A stretch of DNA of 64,000 nucleotides, from positions 70,558,001 through 70,622,000 of the forward strand of contig CM052817.1 of the NCBI GenBank assembly GCA_028534125.1, given 5' to 3'. Positions 22,631-34,604 of this stretch are shown one piece after another. This stretch comes from Lama glama (Eukaryota). Position numbers and translations under genes: made by a program. The notes beneath the pieces are model-generated. The model searched no databases, had not been told where the DNA came from, and worked only from the letters and a program-made list of their open reading frames with translations. The first letter of the stretch is position 1. Each line of letters opens with the position of its first letter.

Positions 22631-25600
22631 TGTGAACAGATGGTCACATCGAAACAATATACATTAAAAGTCTTGCTCACTTAAAAGTATAATAAGATTT
22701 CTTTTCCATTCCTGAATGATGAGAAGATAAATGCATGGTTAAGATTATACTTAACTCCAGTCCGTATATCTGACAATTGTTGAGTCTGGGTAACCCTGCT
22801 TAGCAATTTAAGGGCTAATGGTACCATGCAGCTGTTTCTGAATACAGGTTTGAGATTAAGTGGGACATTTTGGGTGAGCACACTGGAGTCAAGCTAAATC
22901 TTCTCATTTTCACAGAATTGTCCACATTATTTTAAGAACAAAATATAGCGACAGGAAGTTATATTGCTTAGAAAAATCTGCTGAATTCCACTAAAGAAGC
23001 ATAAAGGGATTGCTAGAGAAAATAAAAGTCCATCCAGTGTTGGACTGAGGTGACTAATATTTGTGGAAATAACATTTGAAGGTAAAAGGGTCACACTGTT
23101 TCATGATGATGGCAGTGCAATGACAATTATACCAAAAGAGATAGAAGCATCAAATTTGCAATAAAAATGGTAGAGGAGGGCACTTTTTAAATCTAAATGC
23201 TTGAACAATCCTTATTCCAAGGAAAATCTAAGATCAACTAGACATTTCATCTTTCATATTATTACTTTCAAATTATGGAAAGCTATAATTTGCTCTGGGA
23301 TTGTCACACAATGACTTCAGATATTGTTTATATTAAGCTATATGGTTAAACATAGAAAGAACAATGACTTTCCTGATGGTTTAGGTCAAAGGTGCTTCAG
23401 GAATGCAAAAGAAAAGCTATTCTGTCTGAAACTATTTAAATGAAAGTTTGCATTGGGAACAAAAAGACTAAGATGAGATTAAGCCAGAGAAGAAAGAATG
23501 AGTATTAAGAATTTGGCATTTCACTCAAAGAACACTTGTATAAGTAGGTTAAACTTTACACAGATACAGTGTAGTACATTTGATTTTTATTTTTCTTTCC
23601 CTTTTTCCTTTCAGTCAATAAATTTAGGAAGATCTAGTAAAAAGGGTTTGTATTTATATTTCACTGAAGATTCTCTTTTACTAAGAAAAAAGTATAAGGC
23701 CCTTGAAAACACTGTATGTTGCCGCAGAATATACAATCAATAAAAGTAAACATATTGGTGACAAATTTATAGTTTTGTATTGTTTTAGAAAAGCCCCCCT
23801 CAACTCAATAGATCCTATTTAAAACCATGTGTGGAAGGAAATATACAAGTTATAATACTATTTTCCGAAAGGAGCTTTTACTATAGCCTTCCCTCCCATC
23901 AAATTAAAAGGATCCTCTGACTACATTAAAGTAAGATATTTATAAACACGTGCATGTTTTCTCATAATAAGAAAGATGTATAAGACATTATGTATGTATA
24001 TGGGTTATAAATGTACTTTTTAATGAACAAATATTTCAGGAATTCATATTCCATAGTTCTATATTTTTATAAATTTGGCTTTCCAAATTTATGTTTACTT
24101 AAAAGTTGACATAATGAAAGGTTATAAAATATTTAATGTTACCTTCTGTGAAACATTTCAACATTTTTACAAAGATTTCTTCTTATATAAATTCTGTCTC
24201 TACATTATGAAGGCTTATCTTCTAATTAAGAGATAGCTTTTCAGTGAATTTCTCCATTCTTGCCTGTTTCTTGGAACTGAGCTGAGTTCTTGGGCATCAA
24301 CAGCCCAAGGTCAGATCTGGGTCATAATTAAAAATTGGTTTGTTATTCTATTCGAAGAATACTTGTCCAAGTAGATTAAACTCCACATTGATACATTGTA
24401 CTTCTGGTTTTCTTTTTCTTTCCCTTTCACTCTTTACTCTCCAGTATAGGAGACCCTTGTCTACTGTCAAAGTCAGTTCTCTGCTTTTATCCCATGTCCT
24501 CTTGAGAGTGCCTGTATTTCTAGATATATTTCAACTGTGCAGGTCACTTCCAATGGGAGAATAAGACCTTTTAATGCCTCTGAAACTAAAAAAATATATT
24601 CTAAAAAGATACGGAAGAGTTAGGAAGAAAAGAATTACATGATGAAACACAATACCTATTTTACAAATCTACACACTCCCTTTACAAACATATATACCCT
24701 AACTCACGTATCAAACACACAATCTCCTGTTGAGTCTATAAAAAAGAAAAAATAAATAATGAAATCATTCTACATTATGAATGTTACTCTAAATAACAAA
24801 CTTTCATACTGCAAAATACCAGACAGTAGAGAGCTAATCAGTGCGCTTTTCGTACCATCGGGATATTCTCTACTTTTCTGGGAATGCCCTAACACAGGAG
24901 CAGAAGTACCAGTGAACCCACAGCACAGATCTGCAATGGTGAGAAAAACGTCACGAAAGACCTCTTAAATGGATTCTGTACTCAGTTCTGCTTGTCTTTT
25001 TCCAATTGAAGTAAGCAGCAAGCAAGGAAGCACTCTACTTCTAAATCATTTATGGGGTGTGTTTTGCCAAATCCAGATATTAAACAAAGGAAGATATAAA
25101 TATTGTGGGAAAGTGAGATTGCATCAAAGGGCAGAATCTGGCCTAAATATTAATGAAAAAGAGACTGCTAATTTCAGGGCACATTTTCTTTCAGATAGAA
25201 TCCACCTTGTCTCTCAATATAATTTAAAAGAGGCTTTTAGTGAAATATTAAAAAAAAAAGCCAATGATTCCATATGTACACCTATAAACTTCCAGAAATG
25301 AATCTAAAATGTATTTTAAATAATCATGATAAAGTTTTATTAACCAGTTGAAAATCAATTTGGATCTTCTACTCTGAAAACCATGGAACCTATATGAAAT
25401 GATAGCAGATTTGTTTTATTTTTTAAAAAGACATAACAGTTTTGCAGACATTTCTTTCAGCTTATCACAGATTTGGAGAGCAGTTTAAATTTAGCCTTTA
25501 ATTTTTAAACACTAAGGGACTTAAAATTAGATCAACTGAGAAAATTAATTGCTCTTTCAAACCAAAGCAGATCATGGATCTCTGTGATATTGCTAATTTC

Positions 25601-26797
25601 AAATTTCTTACATAAAGAATCAGTAGGAAATCTCAGGAACTGAATAGCAAAATTTGCAGAGTTCTGCTGGACTCTTTGGTAAAGTCTCAACTTTACCTGA
25701 GACAGGGCCTGATGAATTATTACTCTTAGATTCTTAACTTCAAGAGAAAAAAATCTATTTTTAAATTAGAGAAACATTAAAAGAATATGAAAGATCTTCT
25801 TAAAAATTACTCTAATCCTATGTGTTTAAAGAAAGCAAGGCTCCTCTCAATGACTTCAAGAATGTGGGAATATTTTTTTATGTTATATCATATTTTAAAG
25901 TTCCAAAGTACTACTATAAGATTTATTCTCTTTCCCTTTATAAAAACCAGGGATGTTCTATGTTTTTATTCATATTTTTTGCCCTATACCATCAGCTACT
26001 GCTAGACAAAGACAGAGTCATGATCTTGAGAGATTTAACCTAATGTGGAATTCACATTTACTTGTTAGCAACAATACATCTGTTATCTGAAATCTGACTG
26101 CACAGGGCATTGATATCCAGATGCTCGACGATAAACTACTAACAGTTGTTTCCTGCTTCAGACTCAAATGAGACTATGAATCTAAACATATCCACTGCCT
26201 GTCCTCTAATTTATCACTGAAGTAAGGCACAAATGATAAAAAAAATTAATGTATGTCTCTATGGTTTGGTTAACATGGTTTGGCTACTGTTTCCAATTAA
26301 AATTTAACTTATGAAAAAATCTCTTTGTACAACATAATATTCACTGCATAGGTAGATATTCACATAAAAATTATCATTAGGGAAGTGTTTGAATTGAAAG
26401 GAAGGGAATATAATTTTAAAAGAACTGTCCATCATTCCCTATTGAGATAGTTTAGTAAGTACATCATTTCTTCTCATGAAAGATAGAAACATGCAGTGTC
26501 TTTAAACATGCAAGATAAGTTGTTGGCATTCTAACCCATATGATCTTTGTTAGTCTCAAACAGCTCAATACGTGCAGACTTTAGTTCATTAAGCGTCTTT
26601 TCACATGTACAGAGTGTGTTTTCACTTTTGCTGTGGTCATCAACCCTTTTAAAATGCAAAACCATCGATAACATTGCATACAAAGCATGAAAATTACATC
26701 ATTTTGCAATAATCCATTTCATGTTACATAGTGGATAGTAGATATAATGGAATGGTGACTATGAGACAGTACAAAGAACACACGAGAGAGATACTAC

Positions 26798-26833
26798 CTT
26801 TTGCCCAGGACGACCAGATTCTCCGGGTTCTCC
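26798..26833 (-). CDS. COL25A1: COL25A1 exon G (36 nt): GEPGESGRPGQK
   Basis: ggttttctttggccag|GGAGAA...CAAAAG|gtagta. Confidence 0.95.
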
Positions 26834-27263
26834 CTGGCCAAAGAAAACCAAAAATGAAAAGGACAGTCTTACAAGAATTTTCCAAAACCCTTAGGGCCCT
26901 GGGCACTTTCACAGAGATGGTTCAGCCTCCCTGATGACATGCATTTCGTGCACTTTATTCTGTTACTCTGCCTCTTACTAGACATAGGAACTTTATCCCC
27001 CTGCTGCGAATATACCTAAAGCTCACATACAAATCCACATTTCCATAAAAACCAATCAGAAAGGGAAGAGAAGGCAAGACCTCTCATTTAAGCCTTTGTC
27101 AGATTTCCAGCAGATGCTGCCTGTTGTTTGGAAGCCGATTATTGCAGGAGAATAGGCACAGAGTCAGAACCATCAAAGTTGGTAAGTGGGAAGAGAAACA
27201 AGAGGCTTATAAAAGTCAAAACTGTAACTCCTGGGGTACAAACACTTGTAAGGCTATAGTTAC

Positions 27264-27296
27264 CTTAATTCCTGCAGCAGACGATCCAGGGTCACC
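27264..27296 (-). CDS. COL25A1: COL25A1 exon F (33 nt): GDPGSSAAGIK (contains Gly-X-Y interruption)
   Basis: gggttttattttag|GGTGAC...ATTAAG|gtaact. Confidence 0.95.
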
Positions 27297-28451
27297 CTAA
27301 AATAAAACCCAGGAGAGATGATCCCACAAGTTATAGGAACAGGAAACACACAAACATACTGAGAGCCATTATGGACAGGAGCACTCAAGGAAACTCCACG
27401 ACTAATGGGCAAAACACGCTCCCTAAGAATTTGTATCAATATGTCAGCTGTTAAGATGTCAACAATTCCAAGATAAACAACATATTTTCTAAAACTATGG
27501 GTTTACTTTGAATGCAAAATACATAAGGACCACGTTCCTGGAAATAAATATATAAATATGGATCTCTTCCCTTGATACAGTGCTAAAATTGTATTCTAAA
27601 GCAACACATTATCATTAGCAGATCTGGAATTTTAGTTTTCTCTATTTCTGGAATTTATTAATGTCACTGGCTATCATTTACTAGGAGTTCCCTGACCCTT
27701 TCTGACTTCAGAAAGTCAGGGTTCAACAGATGAAGTCAAAGGGTTAATGATGCCGAGTTGGAAAAAGCCACGCAGCCAGTCAGTTTGTTTTCCTCATGAA
27801 GCTCCATCACAGTTACGACCGGCATGTTTTTTCTAGCTCTACACTTATTTCATTGTAAGGCAGTCACTGGAAAGTTGCAGGATGATGGATGACTTGTGGG
27901 TGACAGGGACACGTGGAAGATCTGAGAGAAAATCTTGAGATGGAATCTGGTTTTCTAAAAGGCATTGTAGTCCACCCTGATTTCATGGAGGGTGACTACA
28001 TTCCTATGGCAAGTCTGTTCTAAATGTGCAGACGGGGACAAGCAGAAAGGAATACAGAGGGTGGCTGACGATGTTGCTTATTTCTGAAATGAGGCCAGCC
28101 CAGGGCCTAGATTTTCAAGTCCTTTCTAGCCCTCCGCCCCACAAACATGCTTCTAGGAAAATAAAAGGGAGAATATTTAGTCATTTGAGACCGTCCAGAA
28201 AATAGAAGCAGCCAGAAGGGGTAAGGCACATATTGGGGTTTCCTCAGTGGTCCTACCTGAGCGGTGCAAGCACTCAAGAGAGCTCCAGGGGATGAGTTCC
28301 TTGTGTTAGATTTAAAGAGTTTCTCATCAGTCTCTCAGAGACAGAGTTAAGGCCTCAGGCCTCTGTTCATGAAGCACTTGGCCCTTCCCTCCATTTCTCT
28401 CCCTTCTTCCCTTGGCTGGCACCTTTTCTTTCTTCAGATTAAGAAAAATAT

Positions 28452-28567
28452 TAGGGGGGAATATTAGATTTTTGTTTATTCATTTTTTAGAGGAGGTACT
28501 GGGGGATTGAGCCCGGGACCTCGTGCATGCTAAGCACATGCTCTACCACTGAGCTATACTCTCCCCC
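28452..28567 (-). mobile_element. Camelid-type tRNA-derived SINE (Vic-1-like), second copy
   Basis: Reverse complement gggggagagtatagctcagtggtagagcatgtgcttagcatgcacgaggtcccgggctcaatcccccagtacctcc; flanking repeat ttctttcttcag (28426-28437) / ttctttctttag (28568-28579). Confidence 0.9.
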
Positions 28568-30298
28568 TTCTTTCTTTAGCTCTTAAGTGGCTTTACCTCA
28601 ACTCCTCCCCGACCAACCTAGACACATGCCTTCACGTGCACATCTTACCCTGTAGCATCTGTTCACGTCCTGCAAAGCTCACTGTGTGCGTATCATGTAG
28701 GTATGTTTTCTGCCTATTCTTTTTTTGGCCCTATTAGACAATCAGCCACAATGTGGGCAGGTTCAGTGCCTATTTTTAGTCACTGTCTGAATAAAATATG
28801 CTCAATACATATACGGTGAATGAATGAACAAATCTCAAAAATAATGTTTTAAGCAGGCCACCAAGAATCAAAATGCAAAACAAACTTTAGGGAGAAAACC
28901 AAAAAAACCTCAGGAAGGAGAAGGAAATAATAAATTAGCTTATTTGAGGAAACATACATATTCGAGTTTTGTTGACATCTGTTACTGCTATTGCCTGAGG
29001 AAAAATTAAAACATAAACGTGACGAGATGTATAGAAGAGGATCCCACATACTGTCTAATTGTGAGATGAGACTGGTTTCTTTTCCCCATCATTAGCATTC
29101 AGTTGAGCTCTGAATGGAAAGTGAAATAAATGTGGCTAATAAAGTAATACTTACTTCTATTTCTACTAAATCAAGTCTGAAAGCCATCTACACCAATGAA
29201 TGAAATTTGCAATATTTTGCACAAAAAGACCTTTGTTTTCACTAAAGTAATTTCAACTTTGCCAAGTCCCTTTTTCCATCTTATTTATACCTCACGAGAT
29301 TCCCAAGAGATAGGACAGATAGTACTATTTTCACTTAATAGATGAGGAAATTGAAGTAACTTGAGGCTAAGTGAATTTTGGACTTCCTAAACTCTATTGC
29401 CATATTCTTTTTATTGGAATAAGAAAGGAATTATTGGTCTATTTTATTTTAACACCCGAGCATAACGGTGGTAGTAAAATTGTAAATAAAAGGAAATTTC
29501 TTGCATTAACTTTAGTTTAAAAACTTTTTTTTTCAGTGTTTTAATAGAAACTGACTGGATAAATCCACTAATGAGAGTAAGGACTAAATTTAGTTCTCAC
29601 AGAAAGCGGACAGGAAGAAAAGGAGTTTCCTGAAAGGCTGATTTATTTGTGGAAACTGGAGCAGTTTCATTTGATGGACAACTATGAGTGATATTTCAGT
29701 TTTCTTCTCGGAAATTAGAACTGTGAAATCTCAAGGAATTTTTACAACTTTTAAATGGCAAGGCAACTGTTGGAAGACATTAATAAGTTAAACATTTAAA
29801 AGGATAATACTGCAAGTAGTGAAAATAAAACAGTCCGTGTTTATAATCCTTATTCCTTCAAAAGTGAAAATGAATACAGGATTAAAGCAGGGAAAAAACC
29901 CAACTGTGTCTCTCCAAGTATACTCTTAGCTTCATAAATCAGTTGGTTAGGAAGCAAACATTTCCACAGGGTAAATCATAAAGCGAAAAACACTTTGAGA
30001 GGATACCTGAGGTAAATGAATTTGACTTTGCTGTTGACCATTCAAGTACAGAGTTTTTGTTTTTGTCTGTGATGATTTTCAAACACAACACTTGGTATGC
30101 ACTTATGTGTGTTAATAAAGTTTACGTGGATAGATGAAGTGAAGGTGGTGACATTTCTATCCTTCATTAATTCATTCATAGATTTTATTGAGCTCCGGTT
30201 CTGTTCTGGCCTTGTTCTGGATACTGGGATTCTAGCAGCTAGGGAGACAAAGTGAACAACGCAGTTTCAAACCCTGCCCATGTCCTATGCTTCTGACA

Positions 30299-30858
30299 AA
30301 GTCACCCCTCCGTTTCCTTGGGTTCTACATCTGCGGTTTCACCTAACCTCTGATCAAAAATGTTTGGGAAAAAAAATTCCAGAAAATTCCCAAAAGCAAA
30401 ACTTGAATTTCTCCATGCCTGACAATTATTTACATAGTAGTAGGTATTATAAGTGATCTAGAGATGCTTTATAGTACAGTTGACCTTTGAACAACACAGG
30501 CTTGAACTGCAAATGTCCAATTATATGCAGATTTATTTTAATAATAAATATTACGATACCACATGATCCGCAGTTGGCTGAATTTGGCAGATGTGGAACC
30601 ATAATACAGAGGAAACAGGGATATGAAGGAACTGTGTATAAGGAGGGCTCATTATAAATAATACCCCGATTTTCAACTGTGGCAGAGTTTCAGTACCCCT
30701 AAGCTTCACATTGTTTAAGGGTCAACTGTATATGGGAGGATGTATGTAGGTTATATGCAAATATTATGCCATTTTATATAAGGAACTTGAGCATTGTAGG
30801 ATTTTGGCATCTGTGGGAATCCTGGAGCCAATTTCCTGGGAATACCAACGGACTACTG
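30299..30858 (+). mobile_element. MER2-like Tigger MITE split by a nested MER8-like insertion
   Basis: Halves 30299-30476 and 30729-30858 rejoin as ...ctagagatgctttatagta|tatgggaggatgtatgtaggttatatgcaaat... Confidence 0.8.
30477..30728 (+). mobile_element. MER8-like (Tigger2 family) MITE
   Basis: TIRs cagttgacctttgaacaa / ttgtttaagggtcaactg with TA on both sides. Confidence 0.85.
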
Positions 30859-30882
30859 AAATCATTTGTATATGTGTATGTA

Positions 30883-30908
30883 ATATATATATATATATAT
30901 ATATATAT
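30883..30908. repeat. (AT)13 microsatellite
   Basis: Read directly. Confidence 0.9.
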
Positions 30909-31131
30909 TCAAAAACATTATTGATTGAAAGCATAAAAGATATTTTCTTTTTCTTTCTTTCCATTTACAAAAAAATCTGGGTTAGGAAGAAATTGTCATG
31001 TTGGAAAATTCTGTGTCACTGTATATACACAGAAAACATGATAAACAAATGCCTGGTATAGGAAAAATTTCTACCATTCAATGAAAATAAGAAGCAGGTG
31101 AAAATAAAAAAAATAATTTTTTTAAAAGGCA

Positions 31132-31560
31132 GTTCACTCAATAAATATTTATTATCTTCCTACTATGTGCCAGGAACTTGGATTGGTGTTGGGAATAGAA
31201 CAGTTTGGTAACATACAGTCTTTGTTTGTGTATTTTTTCTTTTCCAGTGAGCTGGATGCCCAATGAAACAAGGAATTACAATAAATTGTGGTAGGGGTTA
31301 TGAAAGGGATCATAAAGAGTGCTCTGGGAGCACACAGCAGGTAACCGAGCCAATCCACAGGAGACTGAAATGACGTATCAATTCAGGTTTCAGTGAACTG
31401 AAGAATAGGATTAGAATGTGAGGAAGTGGACAGAGAGCAAGAGAATTCTAAGCCAAGGGAATCAGCATGCATGCTAAGTTGGAGAAGGCCCTGTGCCCAC
31501 GGAGATAAGAAAAGAAGACAATTTGGTGGGTGGTTCCCAATATGGGTGTGGCTTCTGAAA
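31132..31560 (-). mobile_element. L2 3' fragment
   Basis: ttcactcaataaatatttatt...cctactatgtgccaggaact L2 tail. Confidence 0.6.
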
Positions 31561-32797
31561 GGCTCAGAGGATGAAAATCAAAGATGCTCTGTAGGTGGGT
31601 GTAAGGAAAGAAGGCAGCGTATTTATAGAAATGAAGATTGAGGGAGCAAAGAAAATGATGACACAGACAGGTAATACCAAGAAAGTAAAGCTTCTGAACA
31701 AACAAGTAGCACTGTGAACAACAAAGCGGCATTCAGCGGTTGGCACCAATACTTACTTGCAAGTTGGGGGAAACAGTTAAAGAAATCCATTTCTATATTT
31801 GTTGGTGGGATTAACACTCTAAAGAGTAGAACATAACCTTTCCATAGTAACTCCACACATGATTGAAATCAGTCTTTGGCAGGTCATTCTTAATCCTAGA
31901 GTGCATCGTAGCTGCTGGCCACAGAGACAACCCAGCCCAGAGGTTTTTACAGTGCCACAGCATTTCCAGATGACCAGTCTGGAAGGGCTTAGATTGTTTT
32001 ACCATTTAAAGGCACTGAGTTGGATCAAAAGGAAAAAAATCCTATTAAAGTGAATCAGCCAATGACGTAATTTACTACATCAATGGCAGAAAAGAAGCAA
32101 TTTTTGATTTTACATCTCAGACTTGGTAAATGATGAATGAATTTCACATACTGAGCTCAAAGGCCATGAGAAGTGTTTCCAACATGCTGGAAACAAATTA
32201 TATGACAGAAGCAGGAAATATGTAAAAAACACATCAAAAATTATATTCCAATTACAGCATTCCCAGGGATGAATGCTACAGGTCAGATTACTTTTTATAT
32301 GTTACAGATTCTTATTTACAGTTCCCTGTTTAGATCCATTGAAAGTTTGTAGAAATGATTTCCATTTTAACCAAAGCATTTCTTGTACTTAATTTCAGTT
32401 TACTAATAAAACTTTTTGATAAAAAAGAAAAATAAACCAATCTAGTTGATTTCAACTTCCATGTGGTAAGAAAGCTAACATTTATTGAGAGTTTACTGTA
32501 TGTGAGTTGGTATGGTAAATGATTTACATTAGTATAAAAAGTAAGAATAGTATTCCTTTGAGATGAATTTAGCCTTTACAAAGAAAAAAAGTTGCTTTAC
32601 TGTTGCAAAATTAAAATTTTAAAATGTGTGATTAAAGAAACAATTATTGGCTAATGTTCAAAAAATGAAGCTGTAAAAATACATCTTCTAAAACATAAAA
32701 TTCTCTGCACAAATCCACATAAGCATAGTTCAAACTTGGTGTATATTTTTTCCACTTGAAGAAACTGCTCTCTGTTTAGAAGATTTCTTTCTTTAAG

Positions 32798-33131
32798 CAG
32801 AGGCTGGCAACTGTGGTCTGAGGGTCAAATCCAGCTAGCCACCTGTTTTTGTATGGCCCATGAGCTAAGAATGATTTTCACATTCTTAATGGTTAAAAAA
32901 ATCAAAAGAATAATTATTTCATGACATGCAAAAACCACATGAAGTTAAAATTTCACTGTCCAGAAATAAAGTTTTATTGGAATACAGCCACTCTTGTTTG
33001 TATTCATATTGTCTATGGTGGCTGTCATGCTATGATGACAGAGTTAACTAGTTGTGACAGACACCATATGGTCCACCAAACCTAAAATATTTATTTTTTA
33101 GCCCTTTACAGAAAAAGTTTACTAACCTGTG
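32798..33131 (+). mobile_element. MER58B-like hAT-Charlie MITE
   Basis: caaatccagctagccacctgtttttgtatggcccatgagctaagaatg...aataaagttttattggaatacagccac...ccctttacagaaaaagttt; 8-bp flanks tctttaag/cttttaag. Confidence 0.85.
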
Positions 33132-33313
33132 CTTTTAAGCAAAAACAAGAAAGTTAAATGTAACAGTCATGTTTATAGAACTGGGGTTTGAAATTTTGAC
33201 TTCATGACTTAACACAGGTATACGACTGGTCCTGTCAGTATTAAACATATTCAAGCCATGTTGGATTGCAGTGTGATACTTAAATTTGACAGTTGAATAA
33301 AATGGGTTTACAG

Positions 33314-33510
33314 CAGCGGTTCTCAATGAGGGATGATTTTGTTTCCTGGGGACAACTGGCAATGTCTAGAGGTAAGGTTGGTTGTCATACTCGAGGATGC
33401 TAGTGGCTTCTAGTGGGCAGAGGCCAGGAAGGATGCTAGACATCTGACAGCCTCCCAAGGAAGGATTATCTGGCCCAAAATGTCAGCAGTGCTGAGGCTG
33501 AGAAGCCCTG
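33314..33510 (+). mobile_element. MER20 hAT-Charlie MITE
   Basis: cagcggttctcaa...ggcaatgtctagag...tatctggcccaaaatgtcagcagtgctgaggctgagaagccctg; flanks gtttacag/gtctacaa. Confidence 0.85.
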
Positions 33511-34013
33511 GTCTACAAGAAACTGGGAGTCCACTCAAATTTCTAGACTGCTCTTCAAACTACAAACACAATTGCTACTTGGTGACATTAACTTATTCCT
33601 ACCACCTAGGCCATATTGGTATTAATATTTATAAGAATGAGAAAGATAAATTTCTTTTTATTTTATGGGTATGTTTTTATGACTAACAATTATCCACCTG
33701 TAGTGTAATAATTTTCAAAGTAGAGTATTCTCATTCTCAATTATAAGCCTAAATGAATCACTTTTTAAAATAACTTAGTCACTTAGCTTGACTTAAATTA
33801 AAATCTGACTATACTATTTTTAATTTCTTAGAAGCTCTTTTTCTTAATTCTTAACATATAGCACAAATGAAATAAAAATTTCTTTATATGTCTAAGATGT
33901 CTGTGAAGTAAGAATCCAAGCAGAAAGCCGTGATGGACTGGGGGAAAGAGGAGACAGGAAGATGAACCAAAGGCCACTGCAACATAAATGCCAATAATGG
34001 TTTAAAAGACAAA

Positions 34014-34046
<33 letters not shown>
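34014..34046. repeat. (TAC)11 microsatellite
   Basis: Read directly. Confidence 0.95.
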
Positions 34047-34559
34047 AAAGGCTGACAAAATATTTGAATTTAGAGATTTTAAGTGGAGGCAACTCTTCAA
34101 GACTGCATTAGAGGCTCTAAGCGACTGACATTAACTTATTATCTAACTTTGACATCTGATCCCAATCCTCTGCAATCTTCTGTCCTAAAATTGGGACAAA
34201 TGCAATCATTTTAGGAACTCAATTTTTATATCTCTGTGTATAAAGGGAGTATTCATTTACACATGAATAAGTGTCTTTTTTTCTTTGAAAGCCATATTAC
34301 AGGAAACCTAACTTCACACTTTCTAGAATTTTTGACATACCACTTTACTTTTAAAATATTTAAATTTGTAGCTAGAAGCTTGTGGAATAATCATCTTTTA
34401 TAAATTAGATATTTATGTTTCCTAATCCTGGAGAATTATCTCTGATCTTGTCATATTAAGCTACTACCACTCACTCACTCAAAATCTGCCATTTTCATAT
34501 ACACGAAAACAATATTGCTTGCCCATACACATACTCTTTCATGTTTCACAACACTGTAC

Positions 34560-34604
34560 CTTTTCGCCTGTGTCACCTTTGGGGCCATTCTCTCCAGCAT
34601 CTCC
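34560..34604 (-). CDS. COL25A1: COL25A1 exon E (45 nt): GDAGENGPKGDTGEK
   Basis: ttttttccctccttag|GGAGAT...GAAAAG|gtacag. Confidence 0.95.
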
